Positions 23,330 through 34,304 of a stretch of 64,000 bases of DNA are shown here, piece by piece. The notes below the pieces were generated by a model. It made no database searches and was not told the DNA's origin. It saw nothing but the letters and a program-made list of their open reading frames with translations. Both the position numbers and the translations under genes were made by a program. The stretch spans positions 27,447-91,446 of the forward strand of contig JAEDES010000001.1 of the NCBI GenBank assembly GCA_016293205.1, read 5' to 3'. The stretch's first letter is position 1. Each line of letters starts with the position of its first letter. This stretch comes from Bacilli bacterium. Its GTDB lineage: Bacteria > Bacillota_I > Bacilli_A > RF39 > UBA660.

Positions 23330-25714
23330 TTATTTATTCTTCTTTTTTGATATTATTAAGTTTTGTCCACAGTTTAAACAGAAGTTTCCTCCTGGATTTT
23401 TAGTTCCGCAGTATGGACAGAATTCTGCTTTTTCTACTTCTAGTGGTAAATCTTCAAGTAATTCTATCTTTTCAGCATATTCTGGTTTTAGATTTTCTAC
23501 AATTAATCTTGGTTTTTCTTTTACTTGTTTTGGTTGTGGATTATCTTTATTATCAAGTTTTTTCTTTTCTTTATATGTTACAAATCCAATAATTGAAATA
23601 CCAATTATTAATAAATATAACCATGGTGGGATTGATGACCAGAAGTCTTTTAATTGAACAAGAATATTTATTACTGTAATTGCTACTCCGGTATAGAATA
23701 ATTTTTTATATTTCTTTTTATTTGATGTATATATTAAAATTCCTGCTCCTAGTAAACATAAATATAATCCTACTAGAATTTCTCCTGATGAGAAAATTGA
23801 TAAGAATAAAATTGATGTTCCAATAGTTGCAACTGTATCTTTTGCTTCATCTGTTTTAGCTATTAAAGTTACAATTAAGAATAATATATAGAATGATAAG
23901 ATATTATCTACTATAATTTGTAATTCATAACTTAAGTCTGCAGTATTTACTATTCCATATAATGGTATAACTAATGATATTAAGTTAGCTGTACGTAATT
24001 GTTTATCTTTAACAGTATATGTTAAGGCTCCATATATTTCTAATAAAAGTAGATGCCCTAAGATTGTTGAGATTCCTGCTTCTATTAGGGAACTTGTTAA
24101 GTTAAATAAACATATTTGAATGAATACATAATTATAAATATAATTTTTTTGTTTTTTATCAAAGAAAATATATACAGATAATAATGATAATGCGATTGAT
24201 ACAAATAAATTTAATTCATCTAAATTAAATAATAATGATATTATTGATCCTACCAATAAATATATAAAATATACTTTTGATATTTTGTTTTCTTTTACTA
24301 AATAATCAATAGCTGCATAAATAGTTGTAACAATTATAAATAAATAGATTGGATTTAAATCAAGTACTATTTTTCTACTTACAAAAGTAAAGATTGATAA
24401 TCCAAATATAAAGATTGTTATAGGTTGATATCTTAAATCATATAAAGATGAAGATTTATTAGTAATGTAACAATTAATATAATTTATTATTCCATGTAAT
24501 GTAGCGAATATAATAAATTTATAAGTATAATATTCCATTGAAAGAATTAGGATAGTTGATGCAATATTATAAAATAATTGATTTGCTTTTAATGAGTGTT
24601 CTTCTCTATTAATCTTGTTATGATTTAGTAATAAATATAAAATTGTATAAATTATAAATATTATTACATTAGAATTTTCTAAGTCTAAGTTTAAAATACT
24701 TGTTGCGATTAAAATATAACTTATTACAATTGATGCAATATTTTCTAATTTATTTTTTGTTTTTGTTGAGATAAATAATATATTAATAATTGTAACAAGT
24801 GATGTTATTAGTACTAAGATATTTTTACTTTCACAAGCTGTTGTTATAATTACTGGGAAATATAAATAACTTAGGTTTTTATTTAAATCTAGTAATTCTT
24901 TTTGATCTTTTACAAAATAATTAATTAATAAAGATAGTATTGTTACGATTAATGTAATTGTAATTAAATCTAATTTTATAAATGCAAGTATATGATATAG
25001 GGCAAGATATAAAGATATATACTCAAAATATTTATATTCTTGATCTTTAAATTTATTATGAACAAAGTATAGGCATACTGCTAATAAAATAAACGTAATG
25101 AAATATACTAAGTTCTTACCTTCTCCTGTATATGTTAACCATGGAGAGATTGAGGCAAAAACTCCTATTCCAATCCATGTTAATAAGAAGAATGTTAATC
25201 CTAATACATAGTATGCTTTTGTTGTCTTTTCAATTTTTAAAGTATTTTCTGAGAAATTAGATAACCCTAAGAATCCAAATCCCATAATAATTAGAATAAT
25301 TAATTTTAAAATATCTGGGAATGATTTCCATGTTGATGTTGCGAATAAGATACCCGATATAATTACCATACCTAGACCTATTTTTAATAATAAATCAATT
25401 CTTTTAGCTTCACTTGATATTTCATCTTCTGGTGGAGAATTCATTGAGTTCTTTTTATAGGAAGATATCTCATTAACGGCCATAAATAAGAAGACTGCTG
25501 GAATTGCACCTAAGAAGATAGCAAGAATTGCTAAAGCAGTAATAATTCCTTTTTTAGATATTAAATCTTCAATACTTAAGATGCTGTATGATAAAAGTAA
25601 AACTCCTACTGTTAGAAGAATTCCTCCTAACAATGTTTCATATGGAATAATTGCAAAGGCACCTATTAAATAAATCAAACTAGATGTCTTTACTAATTGA
25701 TTAGCTTTTGTCAT
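23330..25714 (-). CDS. Large polytopic membrane protein (over 20 TM helices) with a C-terminal cytoplasmic zinc ribbon
   Basis: 794 aa, almost entirely hydrophobic helices. The C-terminus carries CPYCGTKNPGGNFCLNCG. Function unknown. Confidence 0.5.
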   Translation of the reverse strand: MTKANQLVKTSSLIYLIGAFAIIPYETLLGGILLTVGVLLLSYSILSIEDLISKKGIITALAILAIFLGAIPAVFLFMAVNEISSYKKNSMNSPPEDEISSEAKRIDLLLKIGLGMVIISGILFATSTWKSFPDILKLIILIIMGFGFLGLSNFSENTLKIEKTTKAYYVLGLTFFLLTWIGIGVFASISPWLTYTGEGKNLVYFITFILLAVCLYFVHNKFKDQEYKYFEYISLYLALYHILAFIKLDLITITLIVTILSLLINYFVKDQKELLDLNKNLSYLYFPVIITTACESKNILVLITSLVTIINILFISTKTKNKLENIASIVISYILIATSILNLDLENSNVIIFIIYTILYLLLNHNKINREEHSLKANQLFYNIASTILILSMEYYTYKFIIFATLHGIINYINCYITNKSSSLYDLRYQPITIFIFGLSIFTFVSRKIVLDLNPIYLFIIVTTIYAAIDYLVKENKISKVYFIYLLVGSIISLLFNLDELNLFVSIALSLLSVYIFFDKKQKNYIYNYVFIQICLFNLTSSLIEAGISTILGHLLLLEIYGALTYTVKDKQLRTANLISLVIPLYGIVNTADLSYELQIIVDNILSFYILFLIVTLIAKTDEAKDTVATIGTSILFLSIFSSGEILVGLYLCLLGAGILIYTSNKKKYKKLFYTGVAITVINILVQLKDFWSSIPPWLYLLIIGISIIGFVTYKEKKKLDNKDNPQPKQVKEKPRLIVENLKPEYAEKIELLEDLPLEVEKAEFCPYCGTKNPGGNFCLNCGQNLIISKKKNK

Positions 25715-25774
25715 TTTTACACACCTCTTTATTTTATTTAATTATAAAATATTTGAAGATTTTTGTCTATTAGA

Positions 25775-25805
25775 TAAAAAGAAAAAGACAAGATAGTCTT
25801 GTCTT
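25775..25805 (-). terminator. Terminator of valS
   Basis: AGACAAGA-TAG-TCTTGTCT hairpin at 25786-25804, followed on the minus strand by TTTTTCTTTTT. Confidence 0.5.
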
Positions 25806-28344
25806 ACATTTGAGCTTTTAAGTTTGCAAGTTTTTCTTGTTCTTCTTCTAATTTTTTACGATCCATTTCTACGATATTAGCAGGAGCTTTATTTACATAA
25901 TTTTCATTAGATAAAAGATTTTGACGACGAGCGATTGATGATTCTAATTTCTTAATTTCTTCTTCTAATGCTTTTGTATCTACTGGCTTAGTTTCTGTGT
26001 AATATGTAATATCAATATATTTAGATTTATAATTTGATGGTGTTAAATCAGTTGATGGATTATCTATAATTAATTCTTCATTTATTTTTAATTGTTGATA
26101 ATATATTGATTTAAAGTTTTCATCTGAAATATTTAAAGTTAATTTAGCTTCTTTTGTAATTTTATTATTAGCTTTTAAATTACGAATTGCTACTATATCT
26201 TTTAATACTTCTTCTACTGCTAACATTTCATCTTTAAAGATTAGTTTCTTATCATATTTTGGATAAGTTTCTAACATAATAGATTCTTGTTCTTTAATTG
26301 GTAACATTGAATAGATTTCTTCTGTTACGAATGGCATGAATGGATTTAGCATCTTTAATATCCCTAATAATACTGTGTATAGGATTGATTTAGTAGTATT
26401 GTTATCAAGTGAAGTTTTTGCAAGTTCAATATAACTACTACAGAAGTCTTCCCATACGAAGTTATATAGTTCTGCTGATGCTAAATTGAATTCATACTTA
26501 TCCATATGTTTAGTTACACTTTTTACAATATTTTCATATTTAGTTAAAATCCATTTATCTTGATATTTTAGATCTTTGAATTCTATTTTTTCTAAATCTT
26601 CAATATTCATTAATACGAAACGAGCAGCATTCCAGATTTTATTAATGTAGTTCCAAGTTGAAGAAATTTTAACTTCATCGAAACGTACATCTGTACCTAG
26701 AGCTACATCTGTTGTTAAGTAATATCTTAAAGAATCTGCTCCATATTTTTCAATCATATCCATTGGATCAATTCCATTACCTAAACTCTTAGAGAATTTT
26801 CTTCCTTCTTTATCACGAATTAATCCATGGATGATACAGTCTTTGAATGGACGTACTCCGTTTAATTCAAGTGATTGGAATGTCATTCTGTTAACCCAGA
26901 ATGGAATGATGTCATATCCTGTTACTAAGGCATCTGTTGGGAAGTATCTTTTGATATCTTCTGTTTGTTCCGGCCAACCTAGAGTTGAGAATGGCCATAG
27001 TGCAGATGAGAACCAAGTATCCAATACATCATTATCTTGAACCCATCCTTCTCCCTCAGGTGAATCCATACCTACGTATACTTCTTCTCCTCTATACCAA
27101 GCAGGAATTCTATGTCCCCACCATAATTGACGAGAGATACACCAGTCATATGTAATTTCCATCCAGTGGTTCATTGTCTTTTCATATCTTGTAGGTACAA
27201 AATTAACTTTTGTATCTTTATTTTTTTGATTATCTAATACGTGATCAGCAAGTGGTCTCATTTTAACAAACCATTGTTTTGATAAGTATGGTTCAACCAT
27301 AACTCCAGTTCTTTCTGAGTGACCAACGCTATGTGTCATTTTTTCAATACTTAATAATAGACCTGCTTCTTTTAAATCTACTAATAATTGTTCACGACAT
27401 TCTTCTCTTGTTAATCCACAGTATTTACCAGCATTTTCATTCATAGTAGCATCTTCATTCATTACTACTACTCTTTCAAGGTTATGTCTATTTCCAACTT
27501 CAAAATCGTTAGGATCATGAGCTGGTGTAATTTTAACAACTCCTGTTCCAAATTCTGGGTCTGCATGTTCATCTCCAATAATTGGAATTTCTTTATTTAC
27601 TACTGGAAGAATTGCTTTCTTACCAATTAAGTGTTTGTATCTTTCATCACTTGGATTAACAGCAACAGCTGTATCTCCAAATAATGTTTCTGGACGTGTA
27701 GTTGCTACATCTAAGAAATCTTCTGTTCCAACTATTTTATATTTTAAATGGTAGAATGCTCCTTCTACATCTTTATAAATAACTTCTTCATTTGATAAAG
27801 CTGTTTTGGCAGCTGGGTCCCAGTTAATAATTCTTTCTCCACGATAGATTAATCCTTTATTATAGTAATCTACAAATACTTTAGTAACTGCTTTATTTAG
27901 TCCTTCATCTAAAGTAAATCTTTCTTTTGTATAATCTACTGCTAGACCAAGTTTAGCCCATTGTTGTCTAATATTGTCACTATATTCATGTGTCCAATCC
28001 CAACAAGCTTCTAGGAATTTTTCTCTACCATATTCATACTTGTCAATTCCTTGATCTTTTAATTTTTTAACTACTTTTGCTTCTGTTGCGATAGCTGCGT
28101 GGTCCATACCTGGTAACCATAAAACATCATATCCTTGTAATTTTTTGTAACGAATAATGATGTCTTGAATTGCAGTATCGTATGCATGTCCTAAATGTAA
28201 TTTACCAGTAACATTTGGTGGTGGAATAACGATACAGTATGGAGTTTTATCACTCTTACTATCAGCATTAAAATATCCTTTTGATTTCCATGTTTCATAT
28301 TTATCTTTTTCTATTTCTAAATGATTATATTTTGTATCTAACAT
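25804..28344 (-). CDS. valS: Valyl-tRNA synthetase
   Basis: HIGH-type motif PPPNVTGKLHLGHA, KMSKS motif KFSKSLGN, and a C-terminal coiled coil. 846 aa. Confidence 0.9.
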   Translation of the reverse strand: MLDTKYNHLEIEKDKYETWKSKGYFNADSKSDKTPYCIVIPPPNVTGKLHLGHAYDTAIQDIIIRYKKLQGYDVLWLPGMDHAAIATEAKVVKKLKDQGIDKYEYGREKFLEACWDWTHEYSDNIRQQWAKLGLAVDYTKERFTLDEGLNKAVTKVFVDYYNKGLIYRGERIINWDPAAKTALSNEEVIYKDVEGAFYHLKYKIVGTEDFLDVATTRPETLFGDTAVAVNPSDERYKHLIGKKAILPVVNKEIPIIGDEHADPEFGTGVVKITPAHDPNDFEVGNRHNLERVVVMNEDATMNENAGKYCGLTREECREQLLVDLKEAGLLLSIEKMTHSVGHSERTGVMVEPYLSKQWFVKMRPLADHVLDNQKNKDTKVNFVPTRYEKTMNHWMEITYDWCISRQLWWGHRIPAWYRGEEVYVGMDSPEGEGWVQDNDVLDTWFSSALWPFSTLGWPEQTEDIKRYFPTDALVTGYDIIPFWVNRMTFQSLELNGVRPFKDCIIHGLIRDKEGRKFSKSLGNGIDPMDMIEKYGADSLRYYLTTDVALGTDVRFDEVKISSTWNYINKIWNAARFVLMNIEDLEKIEFKDLKYQDKWILTKYENIVKSVTKHMDKYEFNLASAELYNFVWEDFCSSYIELAKTSLDNNTTKSILYTVLLGILKMLNPFMPFVTEEIYSMLPIKEQESIMLETYPKYDKKLIFKDEMLAVEEVLKDIVAIRNLKANNKITKEAKLTLNISDENFKSIYYQQLKINEELIIDNPSTDLTPSNYKSKYIDITYYTETKPVDTKALEEEIKKLESSIARRQNLLSNENYVNKAPANIVEMDRKKLEEEQEKLANLKAQM

Positions 28345-28379
28345 TTTATCTTTCCTCTCTTTCTTTTATTTTATTTATA

Positions 28380-28720
28380 CTCGGTACGTGTAGACGAGTA
28401 CGTTAGAGATAAAATGAAAGATATTGATGATACTTTCCATTTTATCCCTCCTTCTCTAAATAAAAAACGAGCACTCATCCCAAAGGACGAAATGCTCGTG
28501 GTACCACCTTATTTTATATCTTTCGATATCTTAATATTCTTAACGTGAACTTCCGTAAATATTTACTACTATTTCAACATTTATGCTCCTCTGCTACCTT
28601 CAATACTTATCTTTGTTCATTTTCACCTAACATGAACTCTCTATAAAAGAATCATATTTACTCTTCAGATTCCTCGCATCTGGTTAAGATTATATAATAT
28701 TTTTCTTTATTTTTCAATAG
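28380..28720 (-). promoter_or_regulatory. T-box riboswitch leader with its promoter, upstream of valS
   Basis: Minus-strand promoter TTGAAA, 17-nt spacer, TATAAT (28712-28717 and 28689-28694). Leader contains AGAGAG. The T-box core AAGGTGGTACCACGAGCA lies at about 28493-28512 and overlaps the terminator helix ACGAGCA...TGCTCGT plus T6 (28462-28499). Confidence 0.6.
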
Positions 28721-28733
28721 TTTTAGGTCTTTT

Positions 28734-30479
28734 TTACTCTGACATTTCTTTTTCATAAAGTTTTTTATATTCTTCACAATTATTTAATAATTCTTTATGA
28801 GTTCCTTCTGCTATAATCTTTCCATCATCTAAGAATAAAATTCTATCACTATTAATTACGGTACTTAATCGATGCGCAATAATTAGAATTGTATAATTTT
28901 CTTGAAGATTTTCAATTGCTCTTTGAATTTTTTCTTGAGTTTCATTATCTAGTGCAGAAGTTGCTTCATCAAATAAAATAATTTCAGTCTTTTGAACTAG
29001 TGCTCTTGCAATAGCAAGTCTTTGTCTTTGTCCACCAGAAAGATTAACGCCACCTTCTCCAACAATTGTGTCATATCCATCAGTTAGATTATTTATAAAT
29101 TCATCAAGACATGCTAGTTTACAAGCTTCTTTAATTTCTTCATCTGTTACATCTTGTTTTACTAGACGTAGATTATCTTTAATACTCATATTAAATATAT
29201 ATGGAGACTGACTAATAATTGTTATATTTCCTCTAATAGTATCTTTAGTTAACTTGTTAATATCTCTTCCATCTATTGTAATTTCTCCATCTTTAATATC
29301 ATACATCTTACATAGTAAATTAAAGATTGTTGTTTTACCGGAACCACTCTTACCTACAAAGGCAACTGTTTCATTTGCATTAACTTTAAAACTAATGTTG
29401 TCTAATACCTTATCTTTTCCATTGTATGAGAATGATACATTTTTAAATTCAAAATCTCCTTTTACTTTTGGAATTGATTCATTACCAAATTCTTCTTTTT
29501 TAAATTCATCTGAATTAATAATTTTAAATATTCTAGATGATGATAAATTAAAGTCTTTTAAATTTTCTAATAACATACTTACATAATTAATTATAGGTGT
29601 TACTCTAGACATATAATTATGTACTACTAAGGCTGTTGCAATAGGAAGTTGATTTGCCATAATTAAATACACTAATAAGAAAATCATACCTGCATCGAAG
29701 AAGTCCATCATGAATCCTCTTACTAAAGCATAAGTACGATCAGTTTTACCCATTTTATAACGATCATTATTTAATTCAGTTATTTTCTCAGTTAATTCAG
29801 TTGTAAAACTATTTTCAGCATTTAACATTTTTATGTCTCTTGCTCCTCTTACTAATTCACTAATGAATCCTGCAACTCTTTCATTCTTCTTACGGAATGC
29901 TTTATCATTTTCATTTCTTGTAATAACGCGTTTATTTTCCACAAAATATAATAAAATAACCATTACTAATAAATAGAAGAATGCTGGTTTACTAATTAAA
30001 AATACGGCTCCAAAAATACCAATATCAGATATTATATTTGTCATATGAATAAATAATACTGTAAAGACATCGGCAATTCTTGTAGTATCAGACGTTAATC
30101 TTTGGATAAATACTCCAGATGAAGAAGCATCTAGACATTTATTTTCTATTTTTAAGATTTCTTTTCCTAAATGAATTTGAATTCTTTTAAATCCTTCACG
30201 ATGAATTCTTTGAGCTGACATACGACCAATATAATTAAATATATTTCTTGTTAGTTCTATTAATAAAATGACTACTGAAATATTTAATACTTGATACAAT
30301 TTATTATCTGTTAAATTAACAATTATATTGGCACTTAATATTGGTAGTATTACGCTTATTATTACATTAAAAATACTTGTTACTATAAGACCTAGAATCC
30401 TTATTTTTTGATCCTTAATATAATTATATGCAAATTTTACATTAGATAGTGTTTCTTTCATAACATCGCCTACTTCCAT
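28734..30479 (-). CDS. ABC exporter with fused TMD and NBD (ABCB/MsbA-like half-transporter)
   Basis: Six N-terminal TM helices. Walker A GKSGSGKTT, signature LSGGQRQRLAIARAL, and Walker B ILFDEATSALD. Confidence 0.8.
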   Translation of the reverse strand: MEVGDVMKETLSNVKFAYNYIKDQKIRILGLIVTSIFNVIISVILPILSANIIVNLTDNKLYQVLNISVVILLIELTRNIFNYIGRMSAQRIHREGFKRIQIHLGKEILKIENKCLDASSSGVFIQRLTSDTTRIADVFTVLFIHMTNIISDIGIFGAVFLISKPAFFYLLVMVILLYFVENKRVITRNENDKAFRKKNERVAGFISELVRGARDIKMLNAENSFTTELTEKITELNNDRYKMGKTDRTYALVRGFMMDFFDAGMIFLLVYLIMANQLPIATALVVHNYMSRVTPIINYVSMLLENLKDFNLSSSRIFKIINSDEFKKEEFGNESIPKVKGDFEFKNVSFSYNGKDKVLDNISFKVNANETVAFVGKSGSGKTTIFNLLCKMYDIKDGEITIDGRDINKLTKDTIRGNITIISQSPYIFNMSIKDNLRLVKQDVTDEEIKEACKLACLDEFINNLTDGYDTIVGEGGVNLSGGQRQRLAIARALVQKTEIILFDEATSALDNETQEKIQRAIENLQENYTILIIAHRLSTVINSDRILFLDDGKIIAEGTHKELLNNCEEYKKLYEKEMSE

Positions 30480-30573
30480 TACTTTCGTTTAATATAACAT
30501 AATTTTTATAATTATAAAAGTATATATCTTTCTATAATTTGTGTGTTATACTTTAATAAATGGAGGGTTAAAT

Positions 30574-31122
30574 ATGTTAGATAAAAAAATTCTTGGTAAT
30601 AAGAGAAAAGATTATTTAAGTTGGGATGAGTTTTTTATTGGTATTGCAAAACTATCTGCAGGAAGAAGTAAAGATCCATCTACACAAGTTGGAGCATGTA
30701 TTGTAAGTGAGGAGAATAGAATTTTATCTATTGGGTATAATGGTACTCCTAATAATTTTGATGATGATAAATTTCCTTGGAATCGCGAAGGAAAATGTCA
30801 AAATGATACAAAATATCCATATGTATGTCATGCAGAACTTAATGCTATTTTAAATTATCCTGGTACAAGAAAAGATTTACGTGGTTCTAAAATATATGTT
30901 GATTTATTTCCATGTAATGAATGTGCAAAAGCAATCATTCAAGCAGGTATTTCAGAAGTAATTTATTTATCAGATAAATATAATGGTACTGAAGGAAACG
31001 TTGCTTCTAAATTATTATTTGATAGTTGTGGAGTTAAATATAGACAAGTAGGAGAAAAAGCTCAAAAGGTATTAAGAGTTTCACTTAAACCAGATGAGCC
31101 AATTGAGTATTTAGAAAAGTAA
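30574..31122 (+). CDS. dCMP deaminase (ComEB-like, cytidine/deoxycytidylate deaminase zinc-binding family)
   Basis: CHAELNAI and PCNECAKAI zinc motifs. Start reassigned to MLDKKILG behind a GGAGGG ribosome-binding site. The ORF track starts 11 codons earlier. Confidence 0.7.
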   Translation: MLDKKILGNKRKDYLSWDEFFIGIAKLSAGRSKDPSTQVGACIVSEENRILSIGYNGTPNNFDDDKFPWNREGKCQNDTKYPYVCHAELNAILNYPGTRKDLRGSKIYVDLFPCNECAKAIIQAGISEVIYLSDKYNGTEGNVASKLLFDSCGVKYRQVGEKAQKVLRVSLKPDEPIEYLEK

Positions 31123-31171
31123 TTTTGAAATTACTTTTTTTTATGGTAAAATATACAGTCAAAGGAGTTTT

Positions 31172-32086
31172 TTGATGAAATTAATTAAGTCAGTTAAAAA
31201 TATTATTGTATATGGAAGTACTATAGCACTTATTGGTAGTGGTATTGGTTTTCATAGTGAAATGAGGCAACCAGTTGATGAGAATGCTACGATGACTGAC
31301 TATTTAATTGGCGCACATCGAGGAGACTCTTCTTTGGCAATTGAAAATACAAAAGAATCTATTGTTTTGGCAAGTGAAAATAATGAAGTTGATTATATTG
31401 AAGTTGATGTTAGAATGAGTTTAGATGGAAAACTTTATTTATCACATGATGATGATGTTTTAACTGCTAATGGTAATCAAAATATTTCTGAAATGATGAG
31501 TGCTGATATTGAGGCAAGTAGTTTTATTTATGTAAAAGATGAGAAAGTTAATTATTTTGATTTAATATTTGATAAAGATGGACGAGAAATGCTAAGAAGA
31601 ATTAGAGGATTAAATGGAGATAGTTATAGTATTATAAGTTTAAGTGATGCGATGAAATTATTTGGAGATAAAAAAATTCTTTTGGATTTAAAGTTTGGAG
31701 ACAATGTTTTAAGATATGTTGATTCTCTTAAGAAATTTTTTAAAGAAAAAGATACTTCAAATATAGTTTTTCAAAGTGATGATCCTACTTCTCTACTTTA
31801 TTTTAAAAGTGAGATGCCTGATGCTTTTTGTTCTATTTTAGTAAGGGATGAGGAAAGTTTAAAATATATAGATTATTTTGATGGTATTGGTATTAGAAAA
31901 GATGTCGTTGATAAAGAGTTTGTTGCTGAAGCGATTAATCAAAATAAATTAGTTCTGGTATGGACAATTAAATCTAAGCAAGATTTAGATAAAGTTACGG
32001 AAGAATTAGATGATAATTGTGATGATGTTGTTTATATAACTGACTATCCTGATATTATTAGTAAGGCATTAAAAAAGAATAGATAA
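31172..32086 (+). CDS. Glycerophosphodiester-phosphodiesterase-like (GDPD) protein with an N-terminal TM helix
   Basis: IGAHRGDSSLAIENT and IEVDVRMSLDGKLYLSHDD motifs, corresponding to the GDPD HR(G)...E.D...H catalytic residues. Confidence 0.55.
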   Translation: MMKLIKSVKNIIVYGSTIALIGSGIGFHSEMRQPVDENATMTDYLIGAHRGDSSLAIENTKESIVLASENNEVDYIEVDVRMSLDGKLYLSHDDDVLTANGNQNISEMMSADIEASSFIYVKDEKVNYFDLIFDKDGREMLRRIRGLNGDSYSIISLSDAMKLFGDKKILLDLKFGDNVLRYVDSLKKFFKEKDTSNIVFQSDDPTSLLYFKSEMPDAFCSILVRDEESLKYIDYFDGIGIRKDVVDKEFVAEAINQNKLVLVWTIKSKQDLDKVTEELDDNCDDVVYITDYPDIISKALKKNR

Positions 32087-32103
32087 AAATCTATTCTTTT
32101 ATT

Positions 32104-32799
32104 TTAGTCTTCTATTTTTTCTGGTTCTGGGTAAGTCTTACCTTTTGTATCTACTAAAGCTTTCTTTAAAACTAAGTTCTTAGCAAGTTTTCCTGTTTCA
32201 GTATTTGTTACATGTTCCATTTTTTCAATTAATTTAACTGTATCCATTCCATCAATTACTTTACCGAATGCAGCATAGTCTCCATCTAAGTGTTGAGCTA
32301 AACCATAAACAATGAAGAATTGACTTCCTGCTGAATCTGGTTTTGGTCCTCTTGCCATAGATAAGATTCCTTCAGTGTGTTTTAAATCATTTTTAAATCC
32401 ATTTGATGTAAATTCACCTTTGATATGATATCCAGGTCCACCTTGTCCTGTTCCTGTTGGATCTCCACCTTGTAATACAAATCTTTCCATTAATCTGTGG
32501 AATGTATTGTTGTCATAGAATCCACTTTTTACTAATGAAATAAAATTGTTTACTGTATTTGGTGCAATTGATGGATATAATTCTGCTACTACTGCTCCAT
32601 ATCCTTCGATGTATAATGCAACTACTGGGTTTTCTGTTTGATAATCTAGAGTTGCTTCATTTCCTTCAACTTCAAAGTTAATATTCAACATGTTTTCCTC
32701 AACTTTCTCCTCTTTTTTTGTTACTGCTAGCATTATTACTGATGCAATAATTACTAATAATATTATTCCTACTGTTAATACCATATTTTTATTTTCCAT
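32104..32799 (-). CDS. Cyclophilin-type peptidyl-prolyl isomerase, membrane-anchored
   Basis: FHRLMERFVLQGGDPTGTGQGGPGY and FFIVYG motifs, with an N-terminal TM helix. Confidence 0.8.
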   Translation of the reverse strand: MENKNMVLTVGIILLVIIASVIMLAVTKKEEKVEENMLNINFEVEGNEATLDYQTENPVVALYIEGYGAVVAELYPSIAPNTVNNFISLVKSGFYDNNTFHRLMERFVLQGGDPTGTGQGGPGYHIKGEFTSNGFKNDLKHTEGILSMARGPKPDSAGSQFFIVYGLAQHLDGDYAAFGKVIDGMDTVKLIEKMEHVTNTETGKLAKNLVLKKALVDTKGKTYPEPEKIED

Positions 32800-34210
32800 T
32801 TTTTCCTTCCTTTTCTAAGATATCTCTTGCGGCAACTAAACCTGTAGCTGCTGCTGTTACAATATTTCCGGCTTTGCCTGCTCCGTCTCCAATGAAATAA
32901 ATATTATCATTTTCTAGTTTGAAGTTATTATCTGTTTCAATTTCATTTGAGAAGAATTTAATTTCTGGTCCATATAGTAATGTATCATCATTGGCAACTC
33001 CAGGAATTATTTTATCTAATGTTTCTAAACCTTCTAAAATATTTGAAATTATTCTGTGTGGTAAAACTAATGCTAAGTCTCCTGCAACACAATCTTTTAA
33101 TGTTGGTTCAATAAATCCTTTATTGATTCTATGCCATTCACTACGACGTCCATTCTTTAAATCTTTTAGAGATTGAATGATTGGTTTTCCATCTCCTAAA
33201 ACATTTGCAATTCTTGCGATTGATTCTCCATAAAGACGTGTATTTGTTACCGGCTCAGTTAAATGAACTTTTGAAATAAAAGCAAAATTTGTATTATTAC
33301 TTTTGATTTCTTTTAAAGCATGACCATTTACACAGATAAATCCATAGTAGTTTTCTTTGGCAACAAATCCACCTGGGTTAGTACAGAATGTTCTTATTTC
33401 ATCACCGTATGTTTTTGTTTTTATGAAGATAGTTGGATCATAAATTATATCTGTTATTTCTTGCATGATTTCTTTTCTTACTTCAACTCTTACTCCAATT
33501 TCAATACTTTGAGATAGATATGGAATATTATATTTATCTGCAAGTTCTTGAATCCATTTAGCTCCAGTTCTACCAGGTGCTACTACTACTTTTCTTGATG
33601 TTAGTGTAGTTTCTTTTTTTCCTATTTTATATGTTACTTCATGTTCTTCTTGATTAATTGTTTTAATATCAGTTACGTCTGCATGGTCAATTAAGTCTAC
33701 ACCTTTATTAGTTAAATAATCACAAATACCATCAATATATTCTGGTAGGTGATCACTTCCTAAATGTTTTTGTTTAATTACTAAAAGTTTTGCTCCAGCA
33801 ATAGCTACTTTCTTTTTAATTTCATTAGCTTCGTCCATATTACTTGGATAAACTTCTGCATCCATATTAAATTTATTGAAGATTTCTTCTGTTTCATCAA
33901 TTAACTTGTTGGCAACACTTTCAGGCATATATTTAGTTAAATCACTTTTACCAAGTCTTGGAATAAAGTTAAGTTTTCCATCAGAGAATGTTCCTGCTCC
34001 ACCATATCCTGCAAGTATTGCACACGGATTACAGTTTTGACAAGGTACTCCATTTTTATTCATTGGACAAACTCTTTTTTTAACTCTAAATCCTTTATCA
34101 ATCATTGCAATTTTCAGTTTGTCATTTTTTGTTATTAGTTCGTAAGCAGTAAATAAACCGGCTGGTCCTGCTCCTACTATAATTACATCATATTTCATTT
34201 TTATCACCAT
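32789..34210 (-). CDS. FAD-dependent oxidoreductase (COG2509-like)
   Basis: N-terminal dinucleotide-binding motif YDVIIVGAGPAGLF and a C-terminal GDGAG motif. Confidence 0.6.
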   Translation of the reverse strand: MVIKMKYDVIIVGAGPAGLFTAYELITKNDKLKIAMIDKGFRVKKRVCPMNKNGVPCQNCNPCAILAGYGGAGTFSDGKLNFIPRLGKSDLTKYMPESVANKLIDETEEIFNKFNMDAEVYPSNMDEANEIKKKVAIAGAKLLVIKQKHLGSDHLPEYIDGICDYLTNKGVDLIDHADVTDIKTINQEEHEVTYKIGKKETTLTSRKVVVAPGRTGAKWIQELADKYNIPYLSQSIEIGVRVEVRKEIMQEITDIIYDPTIFIKTKTYGDEIRTFCTNPGGFVAKENYYGFICVNGHALKEIKSNNTNFAFISKVHLTEPVTNTRLYGESIARIANVLGDGKPIIQSLKDLKNGRRSEWHRINKGFIEPTLKDCVAGDLALVLPHRIISNILEGLETLDKIIPGVANDDTLLYGPEIKFFSNEIETDNNFKLENDNIYFIGDGAGKAGNIVTAAATGLVAARDILEKEGKNGK

Positions 34211-34304
34211 TTTAATGATAACTGATTTACTTGTAATTTGTAAATAAGTTTTTAAGTATCTAGTAAGTTTTTATAATTTTTGATAAGATATAATTGGTGA
34301 TGAT

